Positions 46,666-55,906 of a DNA stretch of 64,000 bases are shown piece by piece. The first letter of the stretch is position 1. Each line of letters begins with the position of its first letter. The translations under genes were made by a program, and so were the position numbers. A model generated the notes under the pieces. It saw only the letters and a list, made by a program, of their open reading frames with translations, had not been told where the DNA came from and did no database searches. Source of the stretch: a virus (lineage: Duplodnaviria; Heunggongvirae; Uroviricota; Caudoviricetes); the IMG/VR virus record IMGVR_UViG_3300028549_001428; one strand, given 5' to 3'.

Positions 46666-46917
46666 ATGATGTCAAGCTATTTAAAATATATTATATGCAT
46701 GGAAGTAACCAAAGTACAATCAAATAAACCAGCAGATTCCAAATCTAGTTTTTCTAGTTTGGAACTCGAAAAGGCAAAACAGGATTTGAAATCAAATCCT
46801 TGCCTTGGCGTTGATGTATTTGTATATAATGGTGTCCCTAATTATGTTAGAGAACGCAACGAAAAACTGAATGAGTTATATAACCAAGCTCAAAAAAGTC
46901 TAGATTTATACGCTTAA
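46666..46917 (+). CDS. hypothetical protein
   Basis: ORF in a packed block. Confidence 0.4.
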   Translation: MMSSYLKYIICMEVTKVQSNKPADSKSSFSSLELEKAKQDLKSNPCLGVDVFVYNGVPNYVRERNEKLNELYNQAQKSLDLYA

Positions 46918-47180
46918 CGTGGAAAATCTTTGTAATATACTTTAGCATATAATTTACCTCCATGTCGGCTAACAAATTCTCTCATATATCTAGATATGTA
47001 ATTACCTACTATAATTCCAAATGATGACTTGGTTATTGGTACAATTACATTGAATACTTTCTCATGCACCTTCATATTCAATGGAGTCAAGCATCTTTTT
47101 TTAGATGGCAATCCGTTATTAATATCATCAATGGTTCTACCTAAATTGTTTGCATTTGGCGTGCCGATAGGTGTAATCAT
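46914..47180 (-). CDS. hypothetical protein
   Basis: ORF with SD aaggacag downstream of a canonical promoter. Confidence 0.45.
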   Translation of the reverse strand: MITPIGTPNANNLGRTIDDINNGLPSKKRCLTPLNMKVHEKVFNVIVPITKSSFGIIVGNYISRYMREFVSRHGGKLYAKVYYKDFPR

Positions 47181-47202
47181 TTTACTGTCCTTAGTGATTC
47201 AT

Positions 47203-47231
47203 TCAAATTAGCAATATAGTAATTGCATTGC
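47203..47231 (-). promoter_or_regulatory. sigma70-type promoter TTGACA-N17-TATATT
   Basis: rc of aatata-N17-tgtcaa; the spacer contains the palindrome ttgcattgcaa. Confidence 0.55.
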
Positions 47232-47321
47232 AATTTGTCAATATCCTATTGACGAATTTAAAAATATTTTTCTGAGTCATTTTTATAAACTAATAATATA
47301 TCACTTTTATATCAGGATAAT

Positions 47322-47480
47322 ATGCCAAAAACAAAGATAGACACAATCGGAATTTATATACGAATGTCAGAAGTATTAGTAGAGAAAATGGATTCGGTAG
47401 CATTGGAACGAGGATTCAGTCGTTCTGAATATATCCGTTACTTGATCCAGAATGCAATAGAAAAGGAAGAGAGTAAGTAA
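47322..47480 (+). CDS. ribbon-helix-helix (CopG/Arc-like) DNA-binding protein immediately upstream of tnpB
   Basis: 52 aa. The beta-strand IGIYIRMSEVL and helices ...SRSEYIRYLIQNAIEKE are typical of the RHH fold. SD aggataat; the stop is 2 nt before the tnpB ATG. Confidence 0.55.
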   Translation: MPKTKIDTIGIYIRMSEVLVEKMDSVALERGFSRSEYIRYLIQNAIEKEESK

Positions 47481-47482
47481 TT

Positions 47483-48769
47483 ATGTTAATGGGTCAGAAG
47501 ATATTGTTGTATCTATCGCCTGAACAGGCGTTGGTTTTTAACAAGTCTTTTGGCGTATCCCGATATGCCTATAACTGGGCATTAAGTAAATGGAAAGAAC
47601 ATAAATCACTTGGCGTAGCCAAAGTGACAATGAATGATTTGAAGAAAGAATGGAATAAATGTAAGCCAGAATGGGTTTATGATTGTCCAAAGGACGCTAA
47701 TCAACAACCATTTGCTGATTTATCCACTGCATTAAAGAATTATTTTACATCAAAGAAAGCGGGGAATAAGCATTTTAAGTTTCCAAGAAAGAAGAAACGA
47801 GGAAAATGTAAAGATTCTTTCTATGTGAGTAACGATAAGGCTCATATAACTAACAATCATATTAAATTGCCTTTAATTGGTAAAGTGAAGTTAGCCGAAG
47901 GCTTGAGATTCAAGAAGAAACATGTTAGGATTTTATCATATACTATTTCTAGAACTGCTGGTAAATATTATGTTTCTGTTAATTATGAAATTCCTGATGC
48001 GTTGGGTGTAACCCAAAGCGGATCAGGAATAGTAGGAATAGATTTAGGATTAAAGACATTTGCCGTAGAGAGTAATGGACATGAGGAGCAATCACCTAGA
48101 CCATTGAAGAAGCACCAACAAAAGCTGGTACGCTTACAAAAGAAATTATCTCGTGCTTCCAAGGGAAGCATCAGACGAACTAAAACGAAAATGAAACTAG
48201 CAAAACAACATGCTAGGATTTCAAATATTCGAAAAGATCATTTGCATAAATATTCACGAAAGATCGTGAACGAAAATGCAATTATTGTTTTCGAAGATTT
48301 GAATATACGAGGAATGCTTAAAAACCACAAGCTGGCTCGTTCAATATCTGATTCTTCTTGGAGTGAATTGGTCAGAATGACCGATTACAAATCCAAACGA
48401 TCAGGTTCTATAGTCTTAAAAGCTGATAGGTTCTTTCCTTCATCTAAATTATGTTCACAATGTGGTGCGTTAAAGCACCACATTGGACTTGATGAAAGAG
48501 AGTATATATGTGAACAATGCGGATGTGTGATTGATCGAGATCACAATGCATCAATCAACATTCTAGCCTATGGCTTATTTCAATTAATACCCAGTGCCTC
48601 TGGGAAATTTACGTCCGTGAAGATTGTAGCTCTGTGTCAGAAAGCAATTTCTGACATAACTTCGGTCGATGAAGCGTTCCTTAGATCATCTGATGGTCGA
48701 TGGAACAGCGAGGCTCTTGTAGCCTCGTTGAGAAATCAAGTTGTTTTGTCATTGACAGAACTTCCATAA
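47483..48769 (+). CDS. tnpB: TnpB RNA-guided nuclease, family B
   Basis: About 93% aa identity to 21683..22969, in inverted orientation; all RuvC and zinc-finger motifs are intact. Confidence 0.9.
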   Translation: MLMGQKILLYLSPEQALVFNKSFGVSRYAYNWALSKWKEHKSLGVAKVTMNDLKKEWNKCKPEWVYDCPKDANQQPFADLSTALKNYFTSKKAGNKHFKFPRKKKRGKCKDSFYVSNDKAHITNNHIKLPLIGKVKLAEGLRFKKKHVRILSYTISRTAGKYYVSVNYEIPDALGVTQSGSGIVGIDLGLKTFAVESNGHEEQSPRPLKKHQQKLVRLQKKLSRASKGSIRRTKTKMKLAKQHARISNIRKDHLHKYSRKIVNENAIIVFEDLNIRGMLKNHKLARSISDSSWSELVRMTDYKSKRSGSIVLKADRFFPSSKLCSQCGALKHHIGLDEREYICEQCGCVIDRDHNASINILAYGLFQLIPSASGKFTSVKIVALCQKAISDITSVDEAFLRSSDGRWNSEALVASLRNQVVLSLTELP

Positions 48770-48809
48770 AATACTATATTAGTGTGATGAACACTTTTAT
48801 TCATATTTT

Positions 48810-49436
48810 ATGAGGCAGATTATGATGGCTAAATATAGTGAATTAGACCCTGAATTCATACGCAGATATTTTGATTTGCTTGCAAAGCATGGACGTGAAA
48901 CCGATAAGAAGTATTCTAACAACAGATGCGGAAAGGAAATGTTTGTTGCTAGAACCATGAGAAAATGGCTTAAAAATAAGTGTTTTGTAGTCATTCAGAA
49001 AGATCCCACTGGTGCATACGCAACAACCAACGTCAATGATGTGAGTGCGTATTATGAAGTGCGCATTCCTAAAAAACATTTTATCCAAATAACTGGATGT
49101 TCTTATCAATTAGGATATGGCGAAAAAATTGATATATATGTAGATGATGTATCTATTAGCAAAGCATTCAATTCTACTGGATTATCATATAATGATTTCC
49201 TACGTCTGCAATTCAGAGAAATTACAGAAGAAGAATTTGATTCAGTTCGTTCTTTATTTCTTGATGATCGTGATGAAAACGAATACACAATGCTTGCCTA
49301 CAACCGAGATAAGATAATCGGCAAAGGTAAGAAAGCAAAATATGAAGAAGTTCACGTCAAGGTAATGGGCAAGGATTACCGTGAAGCCAGAGAAAAGGCT
49401 GTTGAACAATATCCAAACATGGTAATCTACGGATAA
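48810..49436 (+). CDS. hypothetical protein
   Basis: 208-aa ORF. Confidence 0.5.
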   Translation: MRQIMMAKYSELDPEFIRRYFDLLAKHGRETDKKYSNNRCGKEMFVARTMRKWLKNKCFVVIQKDPTGAYATTNVNDVSAYYEVRIPKKHFIQITGCSYQLGYGEKIDIYVDDVSISKAFNSTGLSYNDFLRLQFREITEEEFDSVRSLFLDDRDENEYTMLAYNRDKIIGKGKKAKYEEVHVKVMGKDYREAREKAVEQYPNMVIYG

Positions 49437-49452
49437 TATCAAAGGTGATTTT

Positions 49453-49626
49453 ATGATTCATATAAGTGATTTAATAATTGGTTTAGTGTTTCTTATTTTT
49501 GTGTGGGGTGCAATACTACCTGAAGATTATAAATATGAATTAGGTGCTATGGCTGGGATTCTTATAATGATTGTATTAGGGATTGCGTGGGTTGTGAGCA
49601 GTAGCCATAAAACTACGCAAATCTGA
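49453..49626 (+). CDS. small membrane protein
   Basis: 57 aa, two TM helices, SD aaaggtga. The ORF is below the track threshold. Confidence 0.35.
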   Translation: MIHISDLIIGLVFLIFVWGAILPEDYKYELGAMAGILIMIVLGIAWVVSSSHKTTQI

Positions 49627-49627
49627 C

Positions 49628-49652
49628 TAAAAGTATGCAAAAGTATGCAAAT
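49628..49652. repeat. caaaagtatgcaaaagtatgcaaa tandem motif; inverted partner at about 53489-53505
   Basis: A 14-15 nt match with ttttgcatacttttg on the other side of the IS607. Confidence 0.5.
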
Positions 49653-49656
49653 TCCA

Positions 49657-49685
49657 TTGACAAACACTTGGTAGATTACTATATT
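49657..49685 (+). promoter_or_regulatory. sigma70 promoter TTGACA-N17-TATATT
   Basis: Perfect consensus spacing, upstream of 49718..50344. Confidence 0.65.
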
Positions 49686-49717
49686 TACAATATAATCAAC
49701 CTGAAACGGAGTTCAAT

Positions 49718-50344
49718 ATGAAACACATACTTGCTATCTTGGTTCTTATTGGAAGTACATTCGCACAGACTACATATAAGGATGGAACCGATTGTGTTTG
49801 TGATTACATCCAGACTGCCTATTGGGATAATGGTGTGGTTAAGACGGAAACCCCAATAACCAATGGAGATACATTAGGATGGATAGTTAGATATTTGCAT
49901 ACTGGCGAGATATATAGTAAGGAACTATTTACGACAATTGGTAGTATTGAATTTTACTATTACAGTATGATTGGAGTTAAGACTCGCCATTATTTTATAT
50001 CATCCGATTACCGTAGGCTTGATGATGGTACATGGGTATCGGACATAGATATTGATACCACTTGGTATGATAATGGGCAGGTATCATCAATATCTTATTC
50101 AGAACGTAATAGTAAAGATTATAAATGTGACACATGGAAAGCGGTGGTGTTCACACGTTACTATACAAATGGTAAGATTAAGTCAGTTAGAAGCCCATTA
50201 TCAAACAAATGTATCCAGACCGATTCTTATTATGATAGTCTCGGTAACTTAAAGGGTGTAACTAAATATAAAAATGCAGTGTTGGTTAGCAATACATGCA
50301 TCGATGGGCGATTTGGGAATGAATCGTTAAACTGTCTTAATTAA
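49718..50344 (+). CDS. secreted protein
   Basis: Signal peptide MKHILAILVLIGSTFAQT. Confidence 0.55.
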   Translation: MKHILAILVLIGSTFAQTTYKDGTDCVCDYIQTAYWDNGVVKTETPITNGDTLGWIVRYLHTGEIYSKELFTTIGSIEFYYYSMIGVKTRHYFISSDYRRLDDGTWVSDIDIDTTWYDNGQVSSISYSERNSKDYKCDTWKAVVFTRYYTNGKIKSVRSPLSNKCIQTDSYYDSLGNLKGVTKYKNAVLVSNTCIDGRFGNESLNCLN

Positions 50345-50363
50345 GTGTATTAATGAGGATCTT

Positions 50364-51224
50364 ATGATGTGCGATGCTACCTGTGTAAAGATATCTACAT
50401 ACACTAATATTATAGATACATCAGTAATTAAATGCTGGTTTAATAATGGTGATATTGCTTTCAGTGGTTGGGCGGTTGCAATTATAACCATAGTAATAAC
50501 CATAGTAATTACCGTTGGAATTGCTATATATACCATAAATGAAACTAGAAAGAATTCATATTGTAATATATTAAAATCAGTTCAGTTAAACCATTATAAA
50601 ATATGCAATAAATTTAAGGATATGTACACATACCGCAGTGGTGGTATAGGTAATATGTTAATCATATGGAATTCAATTAGACCCAATGTATTGTTATTAC
50701 TTGAAGAGGCTGAATCTAATATCATACTGTTAGATGAGTATTCATTTTATTTTTATAAATCAACCTACGTAAAAAATAAAATGACTAAAGTAAAATCAGA
50801 TCATGATAAGTTACTTAATGTAGTAAATTACTTTGCAAAATGGAGTCACACATGGGAACATGATTTAACTACCTATCATATCAATACTTATAAAAATGGA
50901 TTGATATCTGATAGATGGTACGTAGATGAACACGTTGTATTACCTGATTCTGAATATGACTACAATAATTATCAAAATAGAGAAGTAAGAATCTCGCTAA
51001 ATGAATATTTGTGTAACATTGATAAAAAATTGAACTTACTTAATTCTGTGCATGATAATAAATATAGAATCAATCAAGGACACTACAATTTTAATGATAT
51101 TCAATGTATGCATTGCATGGAATATAACCATGAAAATGCACACATATGTAAATACTGCGGTACAGTAACAGATTTAGGTAAATATTTTCCATACAAACTA
51201 AATACACAAAATCACACTTCGTAA
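50364..51224 (+). CDS. membrane protein
   Basis: TM segment AVAIITIVITIVITVGIAIY near the N-terminus; Cys cluster at the C-terminus. Confidence 0.5.
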   Translation: MMCDATCVKISTYTNIIDTSVIKCWFNNGDIAFSGWAVAIITIVITIVITVGIAIYTINETRKNSYCNILKSVQLNHYKICNKFKDMYTYRSGGIGNMLIIWNSIRPNVLLLLEEAESNIILLDEYSFYFYKSTYVKNKMTKVKSDHDKLLNVVNYFAKWSHTWEHDLTTYHINTYKNGLISDRWYVDEHVVLPDSEYDYNNYQNREVRISLNEYLCNIDKKLNLLNSVHDNKYRINQGHYNFNDIQCMHCMEYNHENAHICKYCGTVTDLGKYFPYKLNTQNHTS

Positions 51225-51321
51225 TATAAGAACTTGAAAATAAATATGCAAAAATACTGAAAAGTGTGTAAAAATATGCTATATTTATTTCTGTTTTATA
51301 TAAACTATAAGGAAAGAACCA

Positions 51322-51501
51322 GATGGAACGTATGAAAGTAGTTAGAGTAACAAAAGAAGAATATGAGTTGGATGACGGAACAATCATCACTCACGTAAGC
51401 AAGTTGGACGAAGTTCCAACCATTGAAGAATTCCAAGCCTATCTAGATGAATGGTACGACAAGATCGTTCCTCGCTACGAGGAACGCAATGAAGGATAAG
51501 T
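51322..51501 (+). CDS. small hypothetical protein overlapping the IS607 left end
   Basis: 59-aa ORF (MERMKVVRVTKEEYELDD...); below the track threshold. Confidence 0.3.
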
Positions 51502-52151
51502 TAATATCTATAACCGAAGCCTGTAAAATCCTCGATGTAAGCAAGGATACCATGAGACGTTGGGATAAAAATGAAACATTCAAACCAACGAAAACCGAAG
51601 GTAAGCATCGTAAGTATCTTCTGTCCGAAGTGTACAAGAAAGCTGGTATCGTTACTGATGTAGATGGTACTCCAATCAGCGTAGTAAGCGATACAGATGT
51701 TGCTGTGTATTGCAGAGTGTCATCACATGACCAGAAGCAGAAAGGCGACCTAGAGCGTCAGAAAGCCCGTGTAATGCAACACTGCGTTGATAAGGGATAT
51801 AAGATCATTGAAACATTTGATGAAACTGGGTCTGGTATGAATGATAACAGACCGAAGTTACATAAAATGATTCAACTCGCTATCAGCGGTAAAGTGAAGA
51901 AAATCATAGTTGAACACTCTGATCGTCTTACCAGATTCAATTATAAGTTGATTGAACTATTGTTCACCAGTCATGGTGTCAAGGTTGAATGCATAGAAGA
52001 AGTTCTTGGTAAAACATTCGAGGATGAACTGGTCAAGGACATGCTTACATTGATGGCATCATTCAGTGCCAAGATTTATGGTAAGCGCAGTCACCAGAAC
52101 AGAAAGAAGAAAGATGCGGAAGTTACACCAGAGGTCGTAGCAACCACATGA
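51489..52151 (+). CDS. tnpA: IS607-type serine recombinase with N-terminal MerR-like HTH
   Basis: HTH LISITEACKILDVSKDTMRRWDK; catalytic region VAVYCRVSSHDQKQKGDLERQ...DETGSG...DRLTRF. The likely start is MKDKL; the track ORF begins further upstream. Confidence 0.85.
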   Translation: MKDKLISITEACKILDVSKDTMRRWDKNETFKPTKTEGKHRKYLLSEVYKKAGIVTDVDGTPISVVSDTDVAVYCRVSSHDQKQKGDLERQKARVMQHCVDKGYKIIETFDETGSGMNDNRPKLHKMIQLAISGKVKKIIVEHSDRLTRFNYKLIELLFTSHGVKVECIEEVLGKTFEDELVKDMLTLMASFSAKIYGKRSHQNRKKKDAEVTPEVVATT

Positions 52152-53488
52152 TCCGTATGCGTAGTCACAGGATTGAGTTGAGACTTAATCAGGAACAGAG
52201 AAGCCTTTGCGCCAGAAGCGCAGGTACTTCTCGCTACGCATATAATTGGATGTTAGATAAATTAACTGGTGAGTACGAAGCCAATAAAGCACTCGCTACC
52301 ATGTATGGATTATCCAAGGTTCCATCTACGATGGGAACTGCTATGGACTGGCATAAGGAATGGAACAAGTTAAAGAAAGTTGATGGATTCAACTGGATCT
52401 ATGAAACCAGTAAATGTTGTGGTCAAGAAGCACTTCGTGACCTACAGGTTGCATACAATAAATTATTCAAGAAATTGGGTGGATACCCAAAGAAGAAAAA
52501 GAAAGGTGTGAATGATTCATTCCGTCTTACTGGTGCTATCAGAGTAGGTTATGACTGGGTTCAAATTCCCGGTATCGGTATAGTTAAACTGAAAGAAAAA
52601 GGATATGTAGTTTGTAAGGATGAACAGATTGATCTACCACAAATAACAGTATCTCGTCAGGCAGATCATTGGTTTGTGTCATTCTTATTGCGTGAAGAAG
52701 TAGCGGAAGTAACCAAGGCAACATGGGATGAAATCACCGATGATGAATATGATGTGATCGGTGTCGATCTTGGTATCAAGGATCTGGCTATCACCAGTTA
52801 CGGTGAAACATTTCATAACCCAAGAGCATACAAACAAAAGATTCAACGATTGAAACGCTATCAGCGTTCAGTTAGTAGAAAGAAGAAAGGATCAAATAAC
52901 AAGAAGAAGGCGATATTAAAACTCTCTCGTCTTCATAAGCAGGTTGCTGATATCCGCAATGACGCTACACATAAAATGACTACATCGGTGGTGAAAATCA
53001 AACCGAAGGTGTTAGTTATTGAGAGTTTGAAACCAAAGAACATGAGTAAGAATAGAAAGTTAGCTGGATCGATACTTGATGCTTCCTTCGGGAAGATCAA
53101 AGTACAGTTCCAGTATAAATCAGAATGGAATGGTATTAGATTGGTGATGGCACCAACATTCTATGCATCATCCAAGTTCTGTTCATCATGTGGATATAAG
53201 AAAGAAGATTTAAAACTAGAAGATAGATACTGGGTATGTCCTGTCTGCGGTGAACATCATGATCGTGATGTCAACGCATCCAGAAACCTACGTTTCTTCG
53301 GACTCTGGTTAATGGATTTATTGCCCGTGAGTTCCACGGGTATTGCCTGTTCGATTGATGAATGTCAGTCGAATGCTGTTGGTGACTTGTCACCGAAGTA
53401 TAGAGATGGGAGGTTACAGTTCTTCATTGAACAGTGCCTATCGATGAAGCAGGAATTCAAAAATGCGGAATTTGCACCATGTGCATAG
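52148..53488 (+). CDS. tnpB: TnpB RNA-guided nuclease (IS607-associated)
   Basis: RuvC-I GVDLGIKDLA, RuvC-II VIESLKP, zinc finger CSSCG...CPVCG, RuvC-III HDRDVNASRNL. The GC-rich 3' end contains ggtgacttgtcacc and tgcaccatgtgca hairpins. Length 446 aa. Confidence 0.9.
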   Translation: MIRMRSHRIELRLNQEQRSLCARSAGTSRYAYNWMLDKLTGEYEANKALATMYGLSKVPSTMGTAMDWHKEWNKLKKVDGFNWIYETSKCCGQEALRDLQVAYNKLFKKLGGYPKKKKKGVNDSFRLTGAIRVGYDWVQIPGIGIVKLKEKGYVVCKDEQIDLPQITVSRQADHWFVSFLLREEVAEVTKATWDEITDDEYDVIGVDLGIKDLAITSYGETFHNPRAYKQKIQRLKRYQRSVSRKKKGSNNKKKAILKLSRLHKQVADIRNDATHKMTTSVVKIKPKVLVIESLKPKNMSKNRKLAGSILDASFGKIKVQFQYKSEWNGIRLVMAPTFYASSKFCSSCGYKKEDLKLEDRYWVCPVCGEHHDRDVNASRNLRFFGLWLMDLLPVSSTGIACSIDECQSNAVGDLSPKYRDGRLQFFIEQCLSMKQEFKNAEFAPCA

Positions 53489-53738
53489 TTTTGCATACTT
53501 TTGTTAGAACGGTATATGAATAACAAACATCCACTCGAATACAAACTAGAAATAGGAACTATCGTACAAAAAAAATGATTATTTCTATATCAATGGTGAA
53601 AAAGAAGAAATACCAGATATTGGTAATGACTTTGTTGTTGACTCTGATGTAATTCCAATATATCGAGCCGTTAATTGCTTAACATGTAAGCATTCTACTC
53701 TTCGTAACAATAGAGCATACTGCACTAAAGCAGCAACA

Positions 53739-54044
53739 ATGGTATGTCATGGCGATGCTTATAGTGAGTTTGAATTGAAATTTCAAAAAATACCAACAGC
53801 AAAAAAACTTCAGCTATATGTATGGGAAGGTGTGCTATGTGATTATACAGATGGTATAATGTTTGCACTTGCGCATGATGTAGAAGAGGCTAAACTTGCT
53901 ATTGTTAAATCATATGATATTAGACAATATAATAAGATTATGAATGGTGAACCCATTAAGTGCGAAGATGTCATATATGATTTACGTAAACCATATACGA
54001 TACACGACACAACAATTGGATTTCATCTTCATAGTGGTGGATAA
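53739..54044 (+). CDS. hypothetical protein (possibly longer; upstream frame open without ATG)
   Basis: The ORF from an ATG. The same frame stays open for about 55 codons upstream and encodes a plausible CxxC...C segment. Confidence 0.4.
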   Translation: MVCHGDAYSEFELKFQKIPTAKKLQLYVWEGVLCDYTDGIMFALAHDVEEAKLAIVKSYDIRQYNKIMNGEPIKCEDVIYDLRKPYTIHDTTIGFHLHSGG

Positions 54045-54046
54045 TA

Positions 54047-54080
54047 AAAAAGAGCCAGTTAAACCTGGCTCTTTTTTTTT
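54047..54080. terminator. bidirectional rho-independent terminator
   Basis: gagccagttaaacctggctc stem between an A-run and a T9 run, where the convergent gene blocks meet. Confidence 0.7.
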
Positions 54081-54366
54081 ATGTTTCAAATGCATCACTA
54101 TCTTCGACATCGTAAGTATCTAAGAAAACAACTTCTCTGAATTTTTGTGTATATGTTTGCTCGGTTACTTTAATCTTACCGAACACCGTGATATATTCAT
54201 ACACCTGATCAATAGTTGTTTCATATGCCGTTGCAAATTCTTCTGTGAAGAAATCGGCAGATGAATGTAGACTGGTTAAACTCAACCAGTATTCACCTAA
54301 TTCATCATTTATCAATTGAGCATATTTCTCAATTACTGATATCTTTTCGTTTATATTCATTTTCAT
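54079..54366 (-). CDS. hypothetical acidic protein
   Basis: ORF in a packed block. Confidence 0.45.
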   Translation of the reverse strand: MKMNINEKISVIEKYAQLINDELGEYWLSLTSLHSSADFFTEEFATAYETTIDQVYEYITVFGKIKVTEQTYTQKFREVVFLDTYDVEDSDAFET

Positions 54367-54616
54367 GTCTCTCTTGTGTTTTTGTTATGTATTCATCTAT
54401 TGTATCGTTTTGATCAATTGCTAATCGTTCATAATCTTTAAAAAATACATCGTTGTGGATAGCAGTTAAGCCAGTAGTACCAACAGATTCAATCACTACG
54501 AATGGTTCAATTGGTATTACATCTGCATACATGCCATTAGCAAGTATAACGTTAGCATTGCTATGTCTAATAGCAAACGTTCTTTTTTCTTTATGTATCC
54601 ATATTTGTTTAGGCAT
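54329..54616 (-). CDS. hypothetical protein
   Basis: ORF in a packed block. Confidence 0.45.
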   Translation of the reverse strand: MPKQIWIHKEKRTFAIRHSNANVILANGMYADVIPIEPFVVIESVGTTGLTAIHNDVFFKDYERLAIDQNDTIDEYITKTQERHENEYKRKDISN

Positions 54617-54618
54617 TG

Positions 54619-54807
54619 TTACAGTCCACTCAAAATCGATGTCAGCAAATCTAATATAATTACACCAAGTTCCAGTACACTTTCAGAGTCAGGAAACCCA
54701 CACCCTTTTTTATTTGCTCTTGCGATAATAAATATAATAACGCCTATTACAAATAAACCACCTACGCATATTATCGCTGCTATTTCTTTATCCGTCATGT
54801 TGTGCAT
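54619..54807 (-). CDS. small membrane protein
   Basis: TM helix. Confidence 0.4.
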   Translation of the reverse strand: MHNMTDKEIAAIICVGGLFVIGVIIFIIARANKKGCGFPDSESVLELGVIILDLLTSILSGL

Positions 54808-55131
54808 TCCCTATATTTTCGTGTAAACAATACTGCTTTACGGCATTTTCTACAATAAGTGTATCTAAACTCTTCAGTTTTTGGGATTGCTAAATTAGTT
54901 TCATGCTTTTCATCATGCCAAAGCAAACATATTTCCCAATCACCATCAAGTTGTTCATTCGATGTCATTTTGCTTCTTTATACTCGCTTAATACTGAGAA
55001 TGGTACTTGTGTAGTGCATCTATGCAAATCCCTGTACTGAAACTCACATACATCGCTGTTATGCAAGCGTCTAGTAATTCGACCAATGAATCCATTCAGT
55101 ACATATAATTTTTCGGGTTGCATATTAGCTC

Positions 55132-55398
55132 CTATTTTGATTCGAAATCAGATTCATCTTCACTGTCGGATTCATGATGGTCATCGTGAATATCCCAAGG
55201 CAATTCTTTTCGATTGAATCCAATAAAATTATCCTCTTGACATGCTTCACAACGATATACACCATCGTTAGGACATTGCCCACATGGATTAATTATTTTT
55301 GATTTCAGTTCACACTCTTCCAGATAGTGGCGTTGTCGCATTTCGCTCAATTGTTTGCGAACTAATCGGTTTTGATCTGCTGTTTCTTGTGGTGTCAT
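55132..55398 (-). CDS. Cys-rich acidic protein
   Basis: CGQCPNDGVYRCEACQ. Confidence 0.45.
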   Translation of the reverse strand: MTPQETADQNRLVRKQLSEMRQRHYLEECELKSKIINPCGQCPNDGVYRCEACQEDNFIGFNRKELPWDIHDDHHESDSEDESDFESK

Positions 55399-55601
55399 TT
55401 TTCAACTCTCTTTAGAAACCCAGTTACGCCAGCAACAAACAACCCAACGCCTAGTACACCCAATAAGATTGGTAACAGTGTGCTCACCATAGCACCAACT
55501 ATACAAATACCCAAGCCGATAGTACCAACTACAGCAGATTCTTTCCAATTCTTTGTCTTTCCTAGCTTATATTCGTATTACATATTTACCTTTTTTTATC
55601 A

Positions 55602-55630
55602 AATATAGAAAAAGTATTGAACATTGTCAA
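55602..55630 (-). promoter_or_regulatory. sigma70-type promoter TTGACA-N17-TATATT
   Basis: rc of aatata-N17-tgtcaa, about 200 nt upstream of 55132..55398. Confidence 0.5.
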
Positions 55631-55747
55631 TGTTTTATCGTTTACATATTGATGAAACTGTTTTTTTGCAAATTCTATAAATCCCACATCAGTTGGCATT
55701 GTTTTTATTAAATCGTTTCTAATCATCTTCTGATCTGAAATAACTTA

Positions 55748-55880
55748 GTGAACTACCCATGGGTTAAATGCTCATAGGATTCTGACTTCATAGACAGTTG
55801 CGCATTGCTACGGCTAACACCATCTCCATCAGTGTACTCGCCAGTTCCTGACGAGAGAAGGCTTACACCTTCTGTTAATA
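55748..55880 (-). mobile_element. orphan family-A tnpB 3'-end / omega-RNA right-end remnant
   Basis: GC-rich 130 nt whose end, catgggtagttcac, and preceding sequence align with the last ~120 nt of tnpB 11827..13083 and 15206..16462 (gaagcccttgagtctttagctcaagggtagttcac). There is no ORF upstream. Confidence 0.55.
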
Positions 55881-55906
55881 TATTTTTACTATACATATTT
55901 AACACA

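Larger units (their letters stand above)
51440..53505 (+). mobile_element. IS607-family element (serine recombinase tnpA + tnpB)
   Basis: tnpA and tnpB overlap by 4 nt. The boundaries are estimated; no terminal inverted repeats, as is typical for IS607. Confidence 0.7.
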
